From: Microgenomates bacterium UTCPR1
GTDB lineage: Bacteria > Patescibacteriota > Microgenomatia > UBA1406 > GWC2-37-13
Direction: 5' to 3'
Assembly: GCA_002050095.1 (NCBI GenBank)
Contig: MWSR01000016.1
Location: forward strand, 1 to 37,020
DNA length: 37,020 nucleotides
Shown here: positions 9,850-18,745 of the stretch, piece by piece
Layout of the letters: the number at the start of each line of letters is the position of its first letter
How positions within the stretch are numbered: the stretch's first letter is position 1
The notes under the pieces: model-generated
The model's input: the letters and a program-made list of their open reading frames with translations, nothing else
What the model was told of the DNA's origin: nothing
Database searches by the model: none
Program-made: the position numbers and the translations under genes

Positions 9850-11165
9850 ACTCTCAACCTCCCACTCATAAGTCTTGGTAAAAGTTCGTCTCTAATCCTT
9901 GATAGTATCCTGTTTTCTTCTCCATTTTTAGTAATTTGGTCATGCAAATTTTCAAATAAGATTCTTGATTTTTCATTTACACCTCTAGTGGGCTTTAATA
10001 TTTTGAGATCATCAAGGAAGTACTCAAATTTGAAATTGCTGATTCCTGTTGATTGCTCCTGATATCGGTAAATATCGTCAGTTTCATAAAGAAGTTTGAT
10101 TTTCCAATAAGCTAAGTAAGAGTTGAAAATTTTATTATTAATACGGATTAACTTACAAAAACTTGCACAAATAGATTTATTTTCGAACATTTCAATTAAA
10201 CTCTTATTGACCAAGGTTGTACGACCGACAGGCTGTCTCTTACTCCCCCCTGAAACCTCAATGATAATGTCAAGGAAATTTAATTCTCTTGATTCAAAGT
10301 TTGATGCTTTATGAAACCTCAGTGGGACAGTAGAAACATCACCTTGCTCTATTTGTGGTATGTCAGTACCCCTTATCACATAGGCCGGCGTATTAAAAGT
10401 CTTGTCTTTTTCTTCCTTACCCCAACCACCACCAATATAATATTGAACAACATTTCTTAATTTAATTACCTCCCACCCCCTAGGTATCATCCCTAACTCA
10501 CTCTCCACCATCTCACCCCCTGCCGATTTGTATGGTTTGCTGTTTTCATCAGGGAATTCAAAATCCACAAACCACCGCTTGAATAGCGCCTTGCCCATCT
10601 CCTCCAGCGTCTTATTCATCTTGCGGTTTAATTCTATTTTGTCGTCGAGGGAGGAGAGGATAGAGGCGATGGTTTGTTGTTCAGAGATTTCTGGAATTGC
10701 CCAAGATGTTTTCTTTATTTGATTCCAATTAGCCCGCGGCATTCTTGTGCCAGTACTACCAGAGGTTGCCAAATTAACGAAATCACGATTTGCAACAAAG
10801 TAGAATAAAAAATCAGAATCACTATTTTCTTTTGACCTCAAAACCCATATATCAGTAGAGCAAATACCACTGAGCTGGGCTTTATATACCTTTCTAAAAT
10901 ACGGTCTTAATTTTCCAAACAAAATATCATTTTCATAAAATCTAAATTTGTTACTGATTGTTTCTGATGAACTACCTATTCCATTCAAACTAAGGGCTTC
11001 TTGATTGATATGTTCTAAGCCGATGTATGGCAAAATCTCATCCTCACTAGGGAAATAGGCCTCTTTTCTTAACTGTGCAATGTCCTCAAAACGCAATAAT
11101 TCCCACCCCTCAGGAATATCTCCAATTTCTGTTTGACTTTTTTTCATTTGCACTTGTTTTGACAT
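9846..11165 (-). CDS. hsdS: Type I R-M specificity subunit S
   Basis: IGDIPEGW, EQQTIASILSSLDDKIELNRKMNKTLEEM, ELGMIPRGW, RDELLPRLMSG; two TRDs. Start placed at 11165 because the ORF-track start at 11228 lies inside the structured element. Confidence 0.95.
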   Translation of the reverse strand: MSKQVQMKKSQTEIGDIPEGWELLRFEDIAQLRKEAYFPSEDEILPYIGLEHINQEALSLNGIGSSSETISNKFRFYENDILFGKLRPYFRKVYKAQLSGICSTDIWVLRSKENSDSDFLFYFVANRDFVNLATSGSTGTRMPRANWNQIKKTSWAIPEISEQQTIASILSSLDDKIELNRKMNKTLEEMGKALFKRWFVDFEFPDENSKPYKSAGGEMVESELGMIPRGWEVIKLRNVVQYYIGGGWGKEEKDKTFNTPAYVIRGTDIPQIEQGDVSTVPLRFHKASNFESRELNFLDIIIEVSGGSKRQPVGRTTLVNKSLIEMFENKSICASFCKLIRINNKIFNSYLAYWKIKLLYETDDIYRYQEQSTGISNFKFEYFLDDLKILKPTRGVNEKSRILFENLHDQITKNGEENRILSRIRDELLPRLMSGRLRV

Positions 11166-11179
11166 ATATGTAAATATCC

Positions 11180-11188
11180 TGCTATAAT
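11180..11188 (+). promoter_or_regulatory. Extended -10 promoter (TGcTATAAT) pointing into the structured element
   Basis: Perfect TGnTATAAT 13 nt upstream of the 11202-11264 stem. Confidence 0.55.
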
Positions 11189-11201
11189 TCAAGTTGGAAT
11201 T

Positions 11202-11264
11202 AACACAGTCCCAAATAGTCTCCTTCATGGAGAGCGTCCTCCTTGAGAGGTAAGGGGCTGTGTT
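11202..11264 (+). ncRNA. Candidate DUF3800-associated structured RNA (three-way junction)
   Basis: Closing stem AACACAGTCCC/GGGGCTGTGTT (11 bp, one G-U on + strand) enclosing hairpins TCTCC-ttcat-GGAGA and CCTC-cttga-GAGG; abuts the DUF3800 stop codon. Confidence 0.7.
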
Positions 11265-11921
11265 TTATTTTGGCCATTTTTGCACCAACATTTCTTTTGA
11301 ACTAATAAGTTTGTGATACGACTGCCAATTTTTCTTTTTTTGATACTTCCTATTGATTATCCCCGATACATAATCTGCTATCTGTAACAAATTGTTGCTG
11401 TGAGAATGTTGTTGTTTGATTTTTTTGATTAACCTGTTTCGAGTATCTGCCCCATCACTAGTTCTTAGATTAAGATACTTCTTGAGACTATGCTGGAAAG
11501 TAGGAGAACCTGATTTATCTAACACGACAATTGCATTGTCTAAATAAGGCTTGGCATTACTAAATACCATGTGACAAGCGTATTTATAAAAGGACTCCTT
11601 GACATTGAATCCATCACCAACTAATTTATTAGGGTCTTTATCAATCACTACAGCAAAATAAATAAATGAGTACGGTATGATTGACTCTAAGAAAGACCTA
11701 CGCACTTTGTCTGAGTTGTTTTGAAAATGGAATTCAAAAGTTTTACTTTTGTTTAACTCACGCTTGAGAAGTTCAATTCTTTGGTCGCAAGCAAGAGCTT
11801 CATCATGATCTTCAAATATCACCATACCTATTACAAAAAATCTGCTAGAACCTTCACTTATTTTTCTACCAGTATCGCCAGACTCATCTATAAAAACCAG
11901 TTGTTTTATCCTATTTTTCAT
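11265..11921 (-). CDS. DUF3800 family protein (RNase H-like fold)
   Basis: N-terminal [14 protein letters not shown]-terminal [15 protein letters not shown]. Confidence 0.9.
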   Translation of the reverse strand: MKNRIKQLVFIDESGDTGRKISEGSSRFFVIGMVIFEDHDEALACDQRIELLKRELNKSKTFEFHFQNNSDKVRRSFLESIIPYSFIYFAVVIDKDPNKLVGDGFNVKESFYKYACHMVFSNAKPYLDNAIVVLDKSGSPTFQHSLKKYLNLRTSDGADTRNRLIKKIKQQHSHSNNLLQIADYVSGIINRKYQKKKNWQSYHKLISSKEMLVQKWPK

Positions 11922-13432
11922 ACTTCAAATCCCACTTTTTTTAGATTTTCTCTGATTTTTACCTCTAACTCCTTTGACTGTTTGAACTGTTCCGACAGCT
12001 CTTTTGTTAATCTTTCCATCTTCTCCTCAAATACCTCATCATCCTCCATTTCAAAATCAGTTCCAACGTAGCGCCCTGGAGTCAATACATAACCGTTCTT
12101 CTCTATCTCTTTAATCTTGGCTGATTTGCAAAAACCTTTGACATCCTCGTATTTACCATTTTTACTGCGCCAGTTATGGTAAGTTTCAGAAATTTGTTGT
12201 AACTCTTCCTCCTTTAACTCGCGATGTCTCCTGTCAACCATTGTTCCCATCTTGCGAGCATCAATAAATAAAACCTCATCTTTTCGATCTCGGGAGACAA
12301 ACCATAAGGAGGCAGGAATTGCAGTCGTATAAAACAACTTGTCAGGCAAAGCTACGACACAGTTAACCAAGCCAGCTTTGATAATATTCTCTCGAATAAC
12401 CCCTTCACCCGAAGTATTAGAAGACAAGGCTCCATTAGCCATAACAAAACCAGCGATACCTGCGGGGGATAAATGATGGATGAAGTGCTGAATCCAGGCA
12501 TAGTTGGCATTACCAGTTGGAGGCACTCCATACTTCCATCGCACATCATCCCGCAAACGTTCACCACCCCAATCACTGTCATTAAAAGGAGGATTAGCTA
12601 AAATAAAATCTGCTTTCAAATCCTTATGTTGATCGTTATGAAAACTATCGGCATTAGTCTCTCCTAAATTGGCTTCAATACCACGAATAGCCATATTCAT
12701 TTTAGCTAACTTCCACGTGGTAAGATTACTCTCTTGACCGTAGACGGCAATATCTCCAATTTTTCCCCCACGCTCTTCTACGAACTTCTCACTCTGAACA
12801 AACATTCCTCCACTACCACAACAAGGATCAAAAACTCGACCTCTATAAGGCTCTATCATTCTTACCAAAAGCTTTACAACGGATGCAGGAGTATAAAATT
12901 CACCTCCACCCTTACCTTCGGCGCTTGCAAATCTACCGATAAAATACTCATAGACTCTACCAAGAATATCTTTTGTTTTCGCTTGTTTATCACCCAATCC
13001 TAGCGTATTAAAAATATCAATTATCTCTCCTAATTTGTACTTATCCAACTCTGGTCGAGCATAGCTTTTTGGCAAAACACCCTTTAGACTAGGATTCTCT
13101 TTCTCAATGGCAATCATAGCATCATCGACTATCTTGCCAATCTCTGGTTTCTTAGCATTTTGTCTAATACTCCCCCATCTTGCTTGTGTTGGAACCCAGA
13201 AAACATTGCGACCCATATAGGCATCCTTGTCTTCCCACTCGCCATCATATGCATTTGGGTCACTCTTTATTAGATGATAAGTTTCTGAAAAAGAATCAGA
13301 TATGTATTTAAGAAATATTAGACCAAGAATAACGTGTTTATATTCTGAAGGATCCATATGACCACGAAGTTTATCTGCAGCTGCCCACAACTTCTGTTCA
13401 AAACCTATATTTGCGGATGTGTTGTTTACCAT
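11918..13432 (-). CDS. hsdM: Type I R-M N6-adenine methyltransferase subunit M
   Basis: [24 protein letters not shown] (motif I), ANPPF (motif IV). Confidence 0.97.
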   Translation of the reverse strand: MVNNTSANIGFEQKLWAAADKLRGHMDPSEYKHVILGLIFLKYISDSFSETYHLIKSDPNAYDGEWEDKDAYMGRNVFWVPTQARWGSIRQNAKKPEIGKIVDDAMIAIEKENPSLKGVLPKSYARPELDKYKLGEIIDIFNTLGLGDKQAKTKDILGRVYEYFIGRFASAEGKGGGEFYTPASVVKLLVRMIEPYRGRVFDPCCGSGGMFVQSEKFVEERGGKIGDIAVYGQESNLTTWKLAKMNMAIRGIEANLGETNADSFHNDQHKDLKADFILANPPFNDSDWGGERLRDDVRWKYGVPPTGNANYAWIQHFIHHLSPAGIAGFVMANGALSSNTSGEGVIRENIIKAGLVNCVVALPDKLFYTTAIPASLWFVSRDRKDEVLFIDARKMGTMVDRRHRELKEEELQQISETYHNWRSKNGKYEDVKGFCKSAKIKEIEKNGYVLTPGRYVGTDFEMEDDEVFEEKMERLTKELSEQFKQSKELEVKIRENLKKVGFEV

Positions 13433-13478
13433 AATAGCTCTTACTATACCAAAAGTAACCTCTTAAATATTCTTTTTG

Positions 13479-13549
13479 TTGCGGAGCTTGGATTCGAACC
13501 AAGATGACGACTTTCAGAGAGTCGCATCCTACCGTTAGATGACTCCGCA
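13479..13549 (-). tRNA. tRNA-Gln (anticodon CTG), CCA not encoded
   Basis: Acceptor TGCGGAG/CTCCGCA, anticodon arm CGACT-CTCTGAA-AGTCG, T arm CTTGG-TTCGAAT-CCAAG; upstream TGATATAAT at 13568-13560. Confidence 0.95.
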
Positions 13550-13602
13550 AGATAGGTAAATTATATCATCAGTTGATATGAAGGAGGCGATAAATAGTCA
13601 AA

Positions 13603-14250
13603 TTAATACTGAAAGAAGTACTTTATCTTGGCATTTGTCTCAAGATTAGTTAAAAATGATGTCATCCTGTCCTGAAGCTTGCCTTGCTTCACCGCTTCTT
13701 TAGCTTGTTCTTTTGTAGCGTTTTGATCGTAGGCCAAATACTCCTCTACCTCCTTATCACTGACATCGACCTTGTTATCAATCATCTTTGAAACAAGAAG
13801 CTGCAATGTCAACTGCTCCTCTAACTCTTTTCTCGATACTCCTTGCTGTTTAAGCAACAGATCAAGAGTCGCCCCTTGCGCCTCGGCATTGGCTTCAACT
13901 CTTTTAATCTCGGCATCCAACTCCTTTTTTGACACCGTTATCTTTCTCTTTTTTGCTTCTTGATTAATCAGGCTTTTTAAAATCAACGATCGAGTGACAT
14001 TTCGTCCACCTTGCTTTTCCAACTCTCTTACTACCGCAAAACGATTGATTAGCTTGCCGTTTACGGAAGCAACAAGAAAAAATTTAAAGAATAAGAAACC
14101 AAGTAAAGAAACGCCAACAACAAAGATAACTGCTTTAAAAACAAATTTGTTACCGCTTTTTTTTGAAGATGCAACAACTCTTTCGGTCACTTTTTCAACG
14201 GAAATTTTCTTAACTTTTGAAGTTTTTTTTCTTTGAACTTTTTTTGCCAT
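13603..14250 (-). CDS. SurA/PrsA N-terminal-domain chaperone, membrane anchored
   Basis: Basic N-terminus, one TM helix, VASVNGKLI, LINQEAKKRKITVS, terminal AKIK; no parvulin domain. Confidence 0.8.
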   Translation of the reverse strand: MAKKVQRKKTSKVKKISVEKVTERVVASSKKSGNKFVFKAVIFVVGVSLLGFLFFKFFLVASVNGKLINRFAVVRELEKQGGRNVTRSLILKSLINQEAKKRKITVSKKELDAEIKRVEANAEAQGATLDLLLKQQGVSRKELEEQLTLQLLVSKMIDNKVDVSDKEVEEYLAYDQNATKEQAKEAVKQGKLQDRMTSFLTNLETNAKIKYFFQY

Positions 14251-14370
14251 AACTCATGATACTAAAAAAATTTTAAAAATCAAATTGAAATGGAGATAGC
14301 GATTAGTGGCTGGTGATTGGTGGATAGTGAACGGTAAGGTAAGTCGTAAGTGACGCCGGAAAATCTTGGA

Positions 14371-14397
14371 CTGGATCCCGACTTTCGTCGGGATAAC
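14371..14397. repeat. REP-like palindrome, copy 1
   Basis: CTGG-ATCCCGAC-tttc-GTCGGGAT-AAC; near-identical to 25003-25029. Confidence 0.8.
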
Positions 14398-14610
14398 AAG
14401 GAAGAGAGCGGGATGACGAGAGAGGAGGCGGGATGACGAGAGAGGAGGCGGGATGACGGATGGTAAATGTTACATTTGTTAACGTGTTAACGGGTTAACG
14501 GGTTAACGGGTTGACGGGAGAGGAAGCGGGATGGGGGATGGCAAATGTTACATGTTTCGTGTTACGTGCTACATGTACGTATGTTGCTTGTTAACGTGTT
14601 AACGGGTTGG
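14389..14610. repeat. Intergenic tandem repeats (20-nt and 8-nt periods)
   Basis: CGGGAT(G/A)AC at 14389, 14409, 14429 and 14449; (GTTAACGG)n around 14478-14518; partial block duplication around 14526-14609. Confidence 0.85.
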
Positions 14611-14629
14611 AAAACGATTGCGGCAATCA

Positions 14630-15958
14630 TCAAGGAATCGGAAAACGTAACGCCAATTTCCGTACTTCTTCTCGAATTATTTTTACTTTCCTGTTTTTTT
14701 TCATTTCATTTTCAAAACGTTGAATATACTCTTTTCGCTCCGACTTTTCAGTTGGAAGACGATAAGGCTTCATCAATTCGATCATCTCTAAAATCTTTTT
14801 ACCGATAAGCTTCATTTCTTTCTCTTTCATCCCTCTCGTTGTCGAAGCGGCGGTTCCCAGCCTTATCCCTGACGGATAAAAAGGCGATAGTGTCTCATCG
14901 GGAACGGTGTTTTTATTTAAGGTCAATCCAACCATATCAAGCGCCTTTTGAGCAAAAATCCCCGATCCCGCCCCCAAAACATTGGTCAAGTTAACCAACA
15001 TCAAATGATTTTCACTACCGCCACCAACTAACTTCAGACCTCCTTTTACCAAAGTATCCGCCAGAACCTTTGAGTTTATGACAATCTGCCGCGCATACTT
15101 CTTAAACGAAGGTGACATTGCCTCATAAAGAGCTACCGCTATTGCCGCAGTCTGATTGTCATGAGGTCCTCCTTGAAGGCCGGGAAATACCGCCTTGTTA
15201 ATCTTATCGCCAAGATCGGGATCTTTCTTTAGTCCTTTTTCGGTAACCATAATCATCGCCCCACGTGGACCTCTTAACGTCTTATGGGTGGTCGTCGTTA
15301 CGACATGGACGTAAGGAACGGGCGATGGATGTACTCCACCGGCGATTAACCCGGCAACATGGGCGATGTCGGCAACAAGAAATGCACCGACTTCATCGGC
15401 AATTTCGGCGAACTTTTTATAGTTATATTTGAGTGGATAAGCTGTTGCACCAACCCAGATCAGCTTTGGTTTATTCGCTTTTGCCAAACGTCTAATTTCA
15501 TCATAATCGAAAAGATCTTCTTTTTTATAGACATCTTTACTCCTTAATGTATATTGAACACTTTTGTAATAGGCTCCTGATGCGGAAACGGTATGACCAT
15601 GAGTTAGATGTCCTCCGGCAATTAAAGCTAATCCCATTAAGGTATCGCCCGGCTTCAGAGTCGCCAGACAGACGGCTAAGTTGGCCGGACTTCCCGAGTA
15701 TGGTTGAACATTGGCAAACGGTACTTTGAAAAGCTTCTTCGCTCTTTCAATGGCCATTATTTCCACGGAATCAACGTTTTCATTGCCGCCATAATATCTT
15801 TTTTTCGGATAGCCCTCCGAATATTTATTAACGAAATATGAAGATAAGACCGCTCTCACGTGGGCGGAAGCATAATTCTCCGACGGAATCAGTTCAATTC
15901 CCTCCTTCTGTCTTTTTTCTTCTTTCTTAACCAGATTGTAAATTTGTGTATCTTTCAT
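14630..15958 (-). CDS. glyA: Serine hydroxymethyltransferase
   Basis: LIPSENY, YSEGYPKKRYYGG, GGHLTHG, TTTTHKTLRGPRG. Confidence 0.98.
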   Translation of the reverse strand: MKDTQIYNLVKKEEKRQKEGIELIPSENYASAHVRAVLSSYFVNKYSEGYPKKRYYGGNENVDSVEIMAIERAKKLFKVPFANVQPYSGSPANLAVCLATLKPGDTLMGLALIAGGHLTHGHTVSASGAYYKSVQYTLRSKDVYKKEDLFDYDEIRRLAKANKPKLIWVGATAYPLKYNYKKFAEIADEVGAFLVADIAHVAGLIAGGVHPSPVPYVHVVTTTTHKTLRGPRGAMIMVTEKGLKKDPDLGDKINKAVFPGLQGGPHDNQTAAIAVALYEAMSPSFKKYARQIVINSKVLADTLVKGGLKLVGGGSENHLMLVNLTNVLGAGSGIFAQKALDMVGLTLNKNTVPDETLSPFYPSGIRLGTAASTTRGMKEKEMKLIGKKILEMIELMKPYRLPTEKSERKEYIQRFENEMKKNRKVKIIREEVRKLALRFPIP

Positions 15959-16112
15959 TTTTTGTATTTTTTATAAATATAAGTCAACTAATAATGACGA
16001 AAGGTAGATGCAGTATTAAGTGTATTATGTCATCTTAGGTTAGATGATAAACAATAATTTTATGATTTGCAAGTTATAATATAGAAATACTAATTAGCGG
16101 TTACATTTTATT

Positions 16113-16418
16113 ATGTTAAATCTTTTGATTGGTGCCAATGTTTTGATGGTCGTTGTTTTTGCAATCAAGTTTAATACGCTTCCTCCTCAACTTCCGCTTT
16201 TTTTTAACCGTCCTTCGGGAGAGTCACAGTTGATTGATGCCTGGATGATCTTTTTAATTCCGTTAATTATGAACTCGCTCTATACCTTGAATAACTATTT
16301 GGAAAAAAGATACTTTGCTTCTGATGAGTTATTAAAAGTCGTATTTAGATATTTTAACCCATTTTTGATTGTGACATTTACTCTTATTTTTATTAAATTA
16401 ATTTTTCTTGTTTCCTAA
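16113..16418 (+). CDS. Small membrane protein (DUF1648-like)
   Basis: Three hydrophobic helices; LPPQLPLFF..P.G motif. Confidence 0.65.
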   Translation: MLNLLIGANVLMVVVFAIKFNTLPPQLPLFFNRPSGESQLIDAWMIFLIPLIMNSLYTLNNYLEKRYFASDELLKVVFRYFNPFLIVTFTLIFIKLIFLVS

Positions 16419-16425
16419 CTTATAT

Positions 16426-17496
16426 ATGTGGATTGCTCTTTTGTCATCATTTCTTATATCTTTCGTACTCACCCCACCGACAATTCTGATTGCAAAAAAA
16501 CTCAATCTTGTTACCGACATAAAAAAAAGGCGCCACCCTGCTCATACTCATACCGGAATAGTTCCCCGCGCCGGCGGTGCACCAATCTTTATCGCCATTC
16601 TCACAGCAACACTCTTATTATTAACGCCTAATAAGATCATCATTGGAATTCTCATCGGGAGCTTCCTATTGATTATCTTGGGTCTATGGGATGACTATGC
16701 CGATATCTCCCCTTACTTCAGATTCTTCGCTAATCTGTTTATCTCCGCTTTGGTTATCTCTTTCGGGCTTGGGATCCCTTACATCTCCAATCCTCTTGGC
16801 GGAGTAATCCGACTTGATTTTTTTCAGATGGAAATTAATCTTTTCGGCAATCGCTCAATCTGGATTCTCGCCGATTTTCTTGCAATCATCTGGTTAACCT
16901 GGACAACAAATATGGTCAACTGGAGTAAAGGGGTCGATGGTCAGCTTCCCGGGTTTGTTGCGATTACGGCAATTTTTTTGGGGTTACTGGCACAAAGATT
17001 CACTGTTCATGATATCGGCATCCAATCAATTACCATGTTCTCATTCATTGTCGCAGGCGCTTATCTGGGCTTTTTACCTTTTAACTTCTATCCACAAAGA
17101 ATAATGCCCGGTTATGGTGGCGGAGCCTTAGCTGGTTTTTTGCTTGGAGTACTGTCAATACTCTCTTTTGGAAAAATCGGTACCGCCGTCTTGATTTTAT
17201 CTTTTCCGATGATTGATGCCATCTATACCATCATCAGAAGATTCAAACAAAAAAAATCGATCTTTCGTGCCGACTGGGGTCACTTTCATCACCGACTACT
17301 TGAGATCGGTTGGGGAAAAAGAAGAATTGCGTTTTTCTACTGGATAATATCACTAATATTGGGAATTTCCAGTTTATTTTTAAAAGGGCCGGAGAAACTA
17401 ATTGCCTTTGCTACAACCGCTCTGGTTCTTTTTATTTTTATCATAATAATGAACCATATAAAAAAAACGATTAGAATTTCACCAAAAGCAAAATGA
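16426..17496 (+). CDS. Polyprenyl-phosphate HexNAc-1-phosphate transferase (WecA/TagO/MraY family)
   Basis: VPRAGG, GLWDD, NMVNW..GVDG, FNFYPQRIMPG, HFHHRLL; multiple TM helices; ATG at 16426 preferred over TTG at 16408. Confidence 0.9.
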   Translation: MWIALLSSFLISFVLTPPTILIAKKLNLVTDIKKRRHPAHTHTGIVPRAGGAPIFIAILTATLLLLTPNKIIIGILIGSFLLIILGLWDDYADISPYFRFFANLFISALVISFGLGIPYISNPLGGVIRLDFFQMEINLFGNRSIWILADFLAIIWLTWTTNMVNWSKGVDGQLPGFVAITAIFLGLLAQRFTVHDIGIQSITMFSFIVAGAYLGFLPFNFYPQRIMPGYGGGALAGFLLGVLSILSFGKIGTAVLILSFPMIDAIYTIIRRFKQKKSIFRADWGHFHHRLLEIGWGKRRIAFFYWIISLILGISSLFLKGPEKLIAFATTALVLFIFIIIMNHIKKTIRISPKAK

Positions 17497-18710
17497 ACTA
17501 CTACTTGAAGACATTCGGTTGCCAACAAAATCACTCCGACTCCGAAAGAATCGAGGCCGATCTAAAAGCAAGAGGAATGAAAAAAACCTCTTCGTACGAA
17601 CTGGCCGATTACGTGGTAATAAATACCTGTATGGTCAAGGAATCTGCGGAAAATCGAGTCTACGGTTTGGTAAATAATTTGAGTAAACTAAAAAATGACC
17701 CCAAAAGAAAGAAACCGATGAAGATCGTTGTTACCGGTTGCATGGTCGGATTAGCTTTTCGAGATAGGACAGGGCGTTTTCTTAAAAAAATAAGGAAAGC
17801 GATGCCTTCGGTTGATGAGTTTTTACCAATTGAAGAAGTCGGATTCGACCATGCCCCCGTCAGACAAAATAGAGAAACCGCTTGGGTGCCGATATCAAAC
17901 GGCTGCAATAACTACTGTACTTTCTGTATTGTCCCATTTACCCGCGGTCGAGAAATCAGTCGTCCTTTTGAAGATATTATCGGTGAGTGTCTTCAATTAA
18001 AAAAGGACGGATTTAAGAATATCACTTTGCTTGGACAGAACGTCAACTCCTACGGCGCCGACATTATCCTTGGAGAAAAAAATGTTCAGGTAATGAGAGA
18101 CCTACCGAAAAAATATTTTGAAAAAACAAAAAATATCAAAATTAACAAAGACTTAAATTCAACACCAAAAGGCTACCGACCGGTTTTCGTTAAACACCTG
18201 GGAAGATTCAGAATCCCGACTCTTTTTCCTCAATTATTGGAAGCGGTTGCAAAGATAGGTTTTGAAAAAGTCGATATGGTTTCATCCAATCCTTGGGATT
18301 TTTCGGATGAGCTAATCGATGTCATTGCCAAATACAAAAATATTACTCGGACAATTCACCTACCCGTCCAATCGGGAGACGATGGTGTCCTGAAAAGGAT
18401 GAATAGATGGTATACGGCAAAAGAATACTTACAGCTGGTAAATAAACTTAAAAACAGAATACCAAATCTTAAATTAACTACCGATATTATTGTCGGTTTT
18501 TGTGGCGAGACCGAAGAAGAGTTCTCAAATACGGTTAATTTGTGTAAACGGGCAGATTTTTCCTGGGCGTTTATCTCTCAATATTCGACTCGACCGATGA
18601 CGGCGGCAACACGAAATCTTAAAGATAATATTTCTCACTCCGTTAAAGAGAAAAGGTGGTTAATATTGGATAAATTAATCAATCGCCCACATTTAAAAAG
18701 TAAAGGTTAG
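17493..18710 (+). CDS. miaB: tRNA methylthiotransferase MiaB-like radical SAM enzyme (no TRAM domain)
   Basis: TFGCQQN, NTC, TGC, CNNYCTFC, GQNVNSYG, HLPVQSG, DIIVGF. Confidence 0.85.
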   Translation: MNYYLKTFGCQQNHSDSERIEADLKARGMKKTSSYELADYVVINTCMVKESAENRVYGLVNNLSKLKNDPKRKKPMKIVVTGCMVGLAFRDRTGRFLKKIRKAMPSVDEFLPIEEVGFDHAPVRQNRETAWVPISNGCNNYCTFCIVPFTRGREISRPFEDIIGECLQLKKDGFKNITLLGQNVNSYGADIILGEKNVQVMRDLPKKYFEKTKNIKINKDLNSTPKGYRPVFVKHLGRFRIPTLFPQLLEAVAKIGFEKVDMVSSNPWDFSDELIDVIAKYKNITRTIHLPVQSGDDGVLKRMNRWYTAKEYLQLVNKLKNRIPNLKLTTDIIVGFCGETEEEFSNTVNLCKRADFSWAFISQYSTRPMTAATRNLKDNISHSVKEKRWLILDKLINRPHLKSKG

Positions 18711-18745
18711 CGCCCTTATTTCCAATTTATGATAGAATTAGCACT

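Noticed and set aside
11166-11228. N-terminal extension of HsdS in the ORF track (MKETIWDC...)
   Set aside because: The ATG lies within the structured element; HsdS-like sequence starts after 11165.
14389-14460. Possible mini CRISPR array
   Set aside because: Repeat only about 9 nt, spacers about 11 nt with two identical, and no cas genes; it is a simple tandem repeat.
14545-14808. 87-aa plus-strand ORF over the repeat tract and glyA 3' end
   Set aside because: Derived from low-complexity repeats and antisense to glyA; no protein features.
15959-16112. ZTP or THF riboswitch upstream of glyA
   Set aside because: AT-rich spacer with no recognisable conserved aptamer motifs; only a weak short hairpin.
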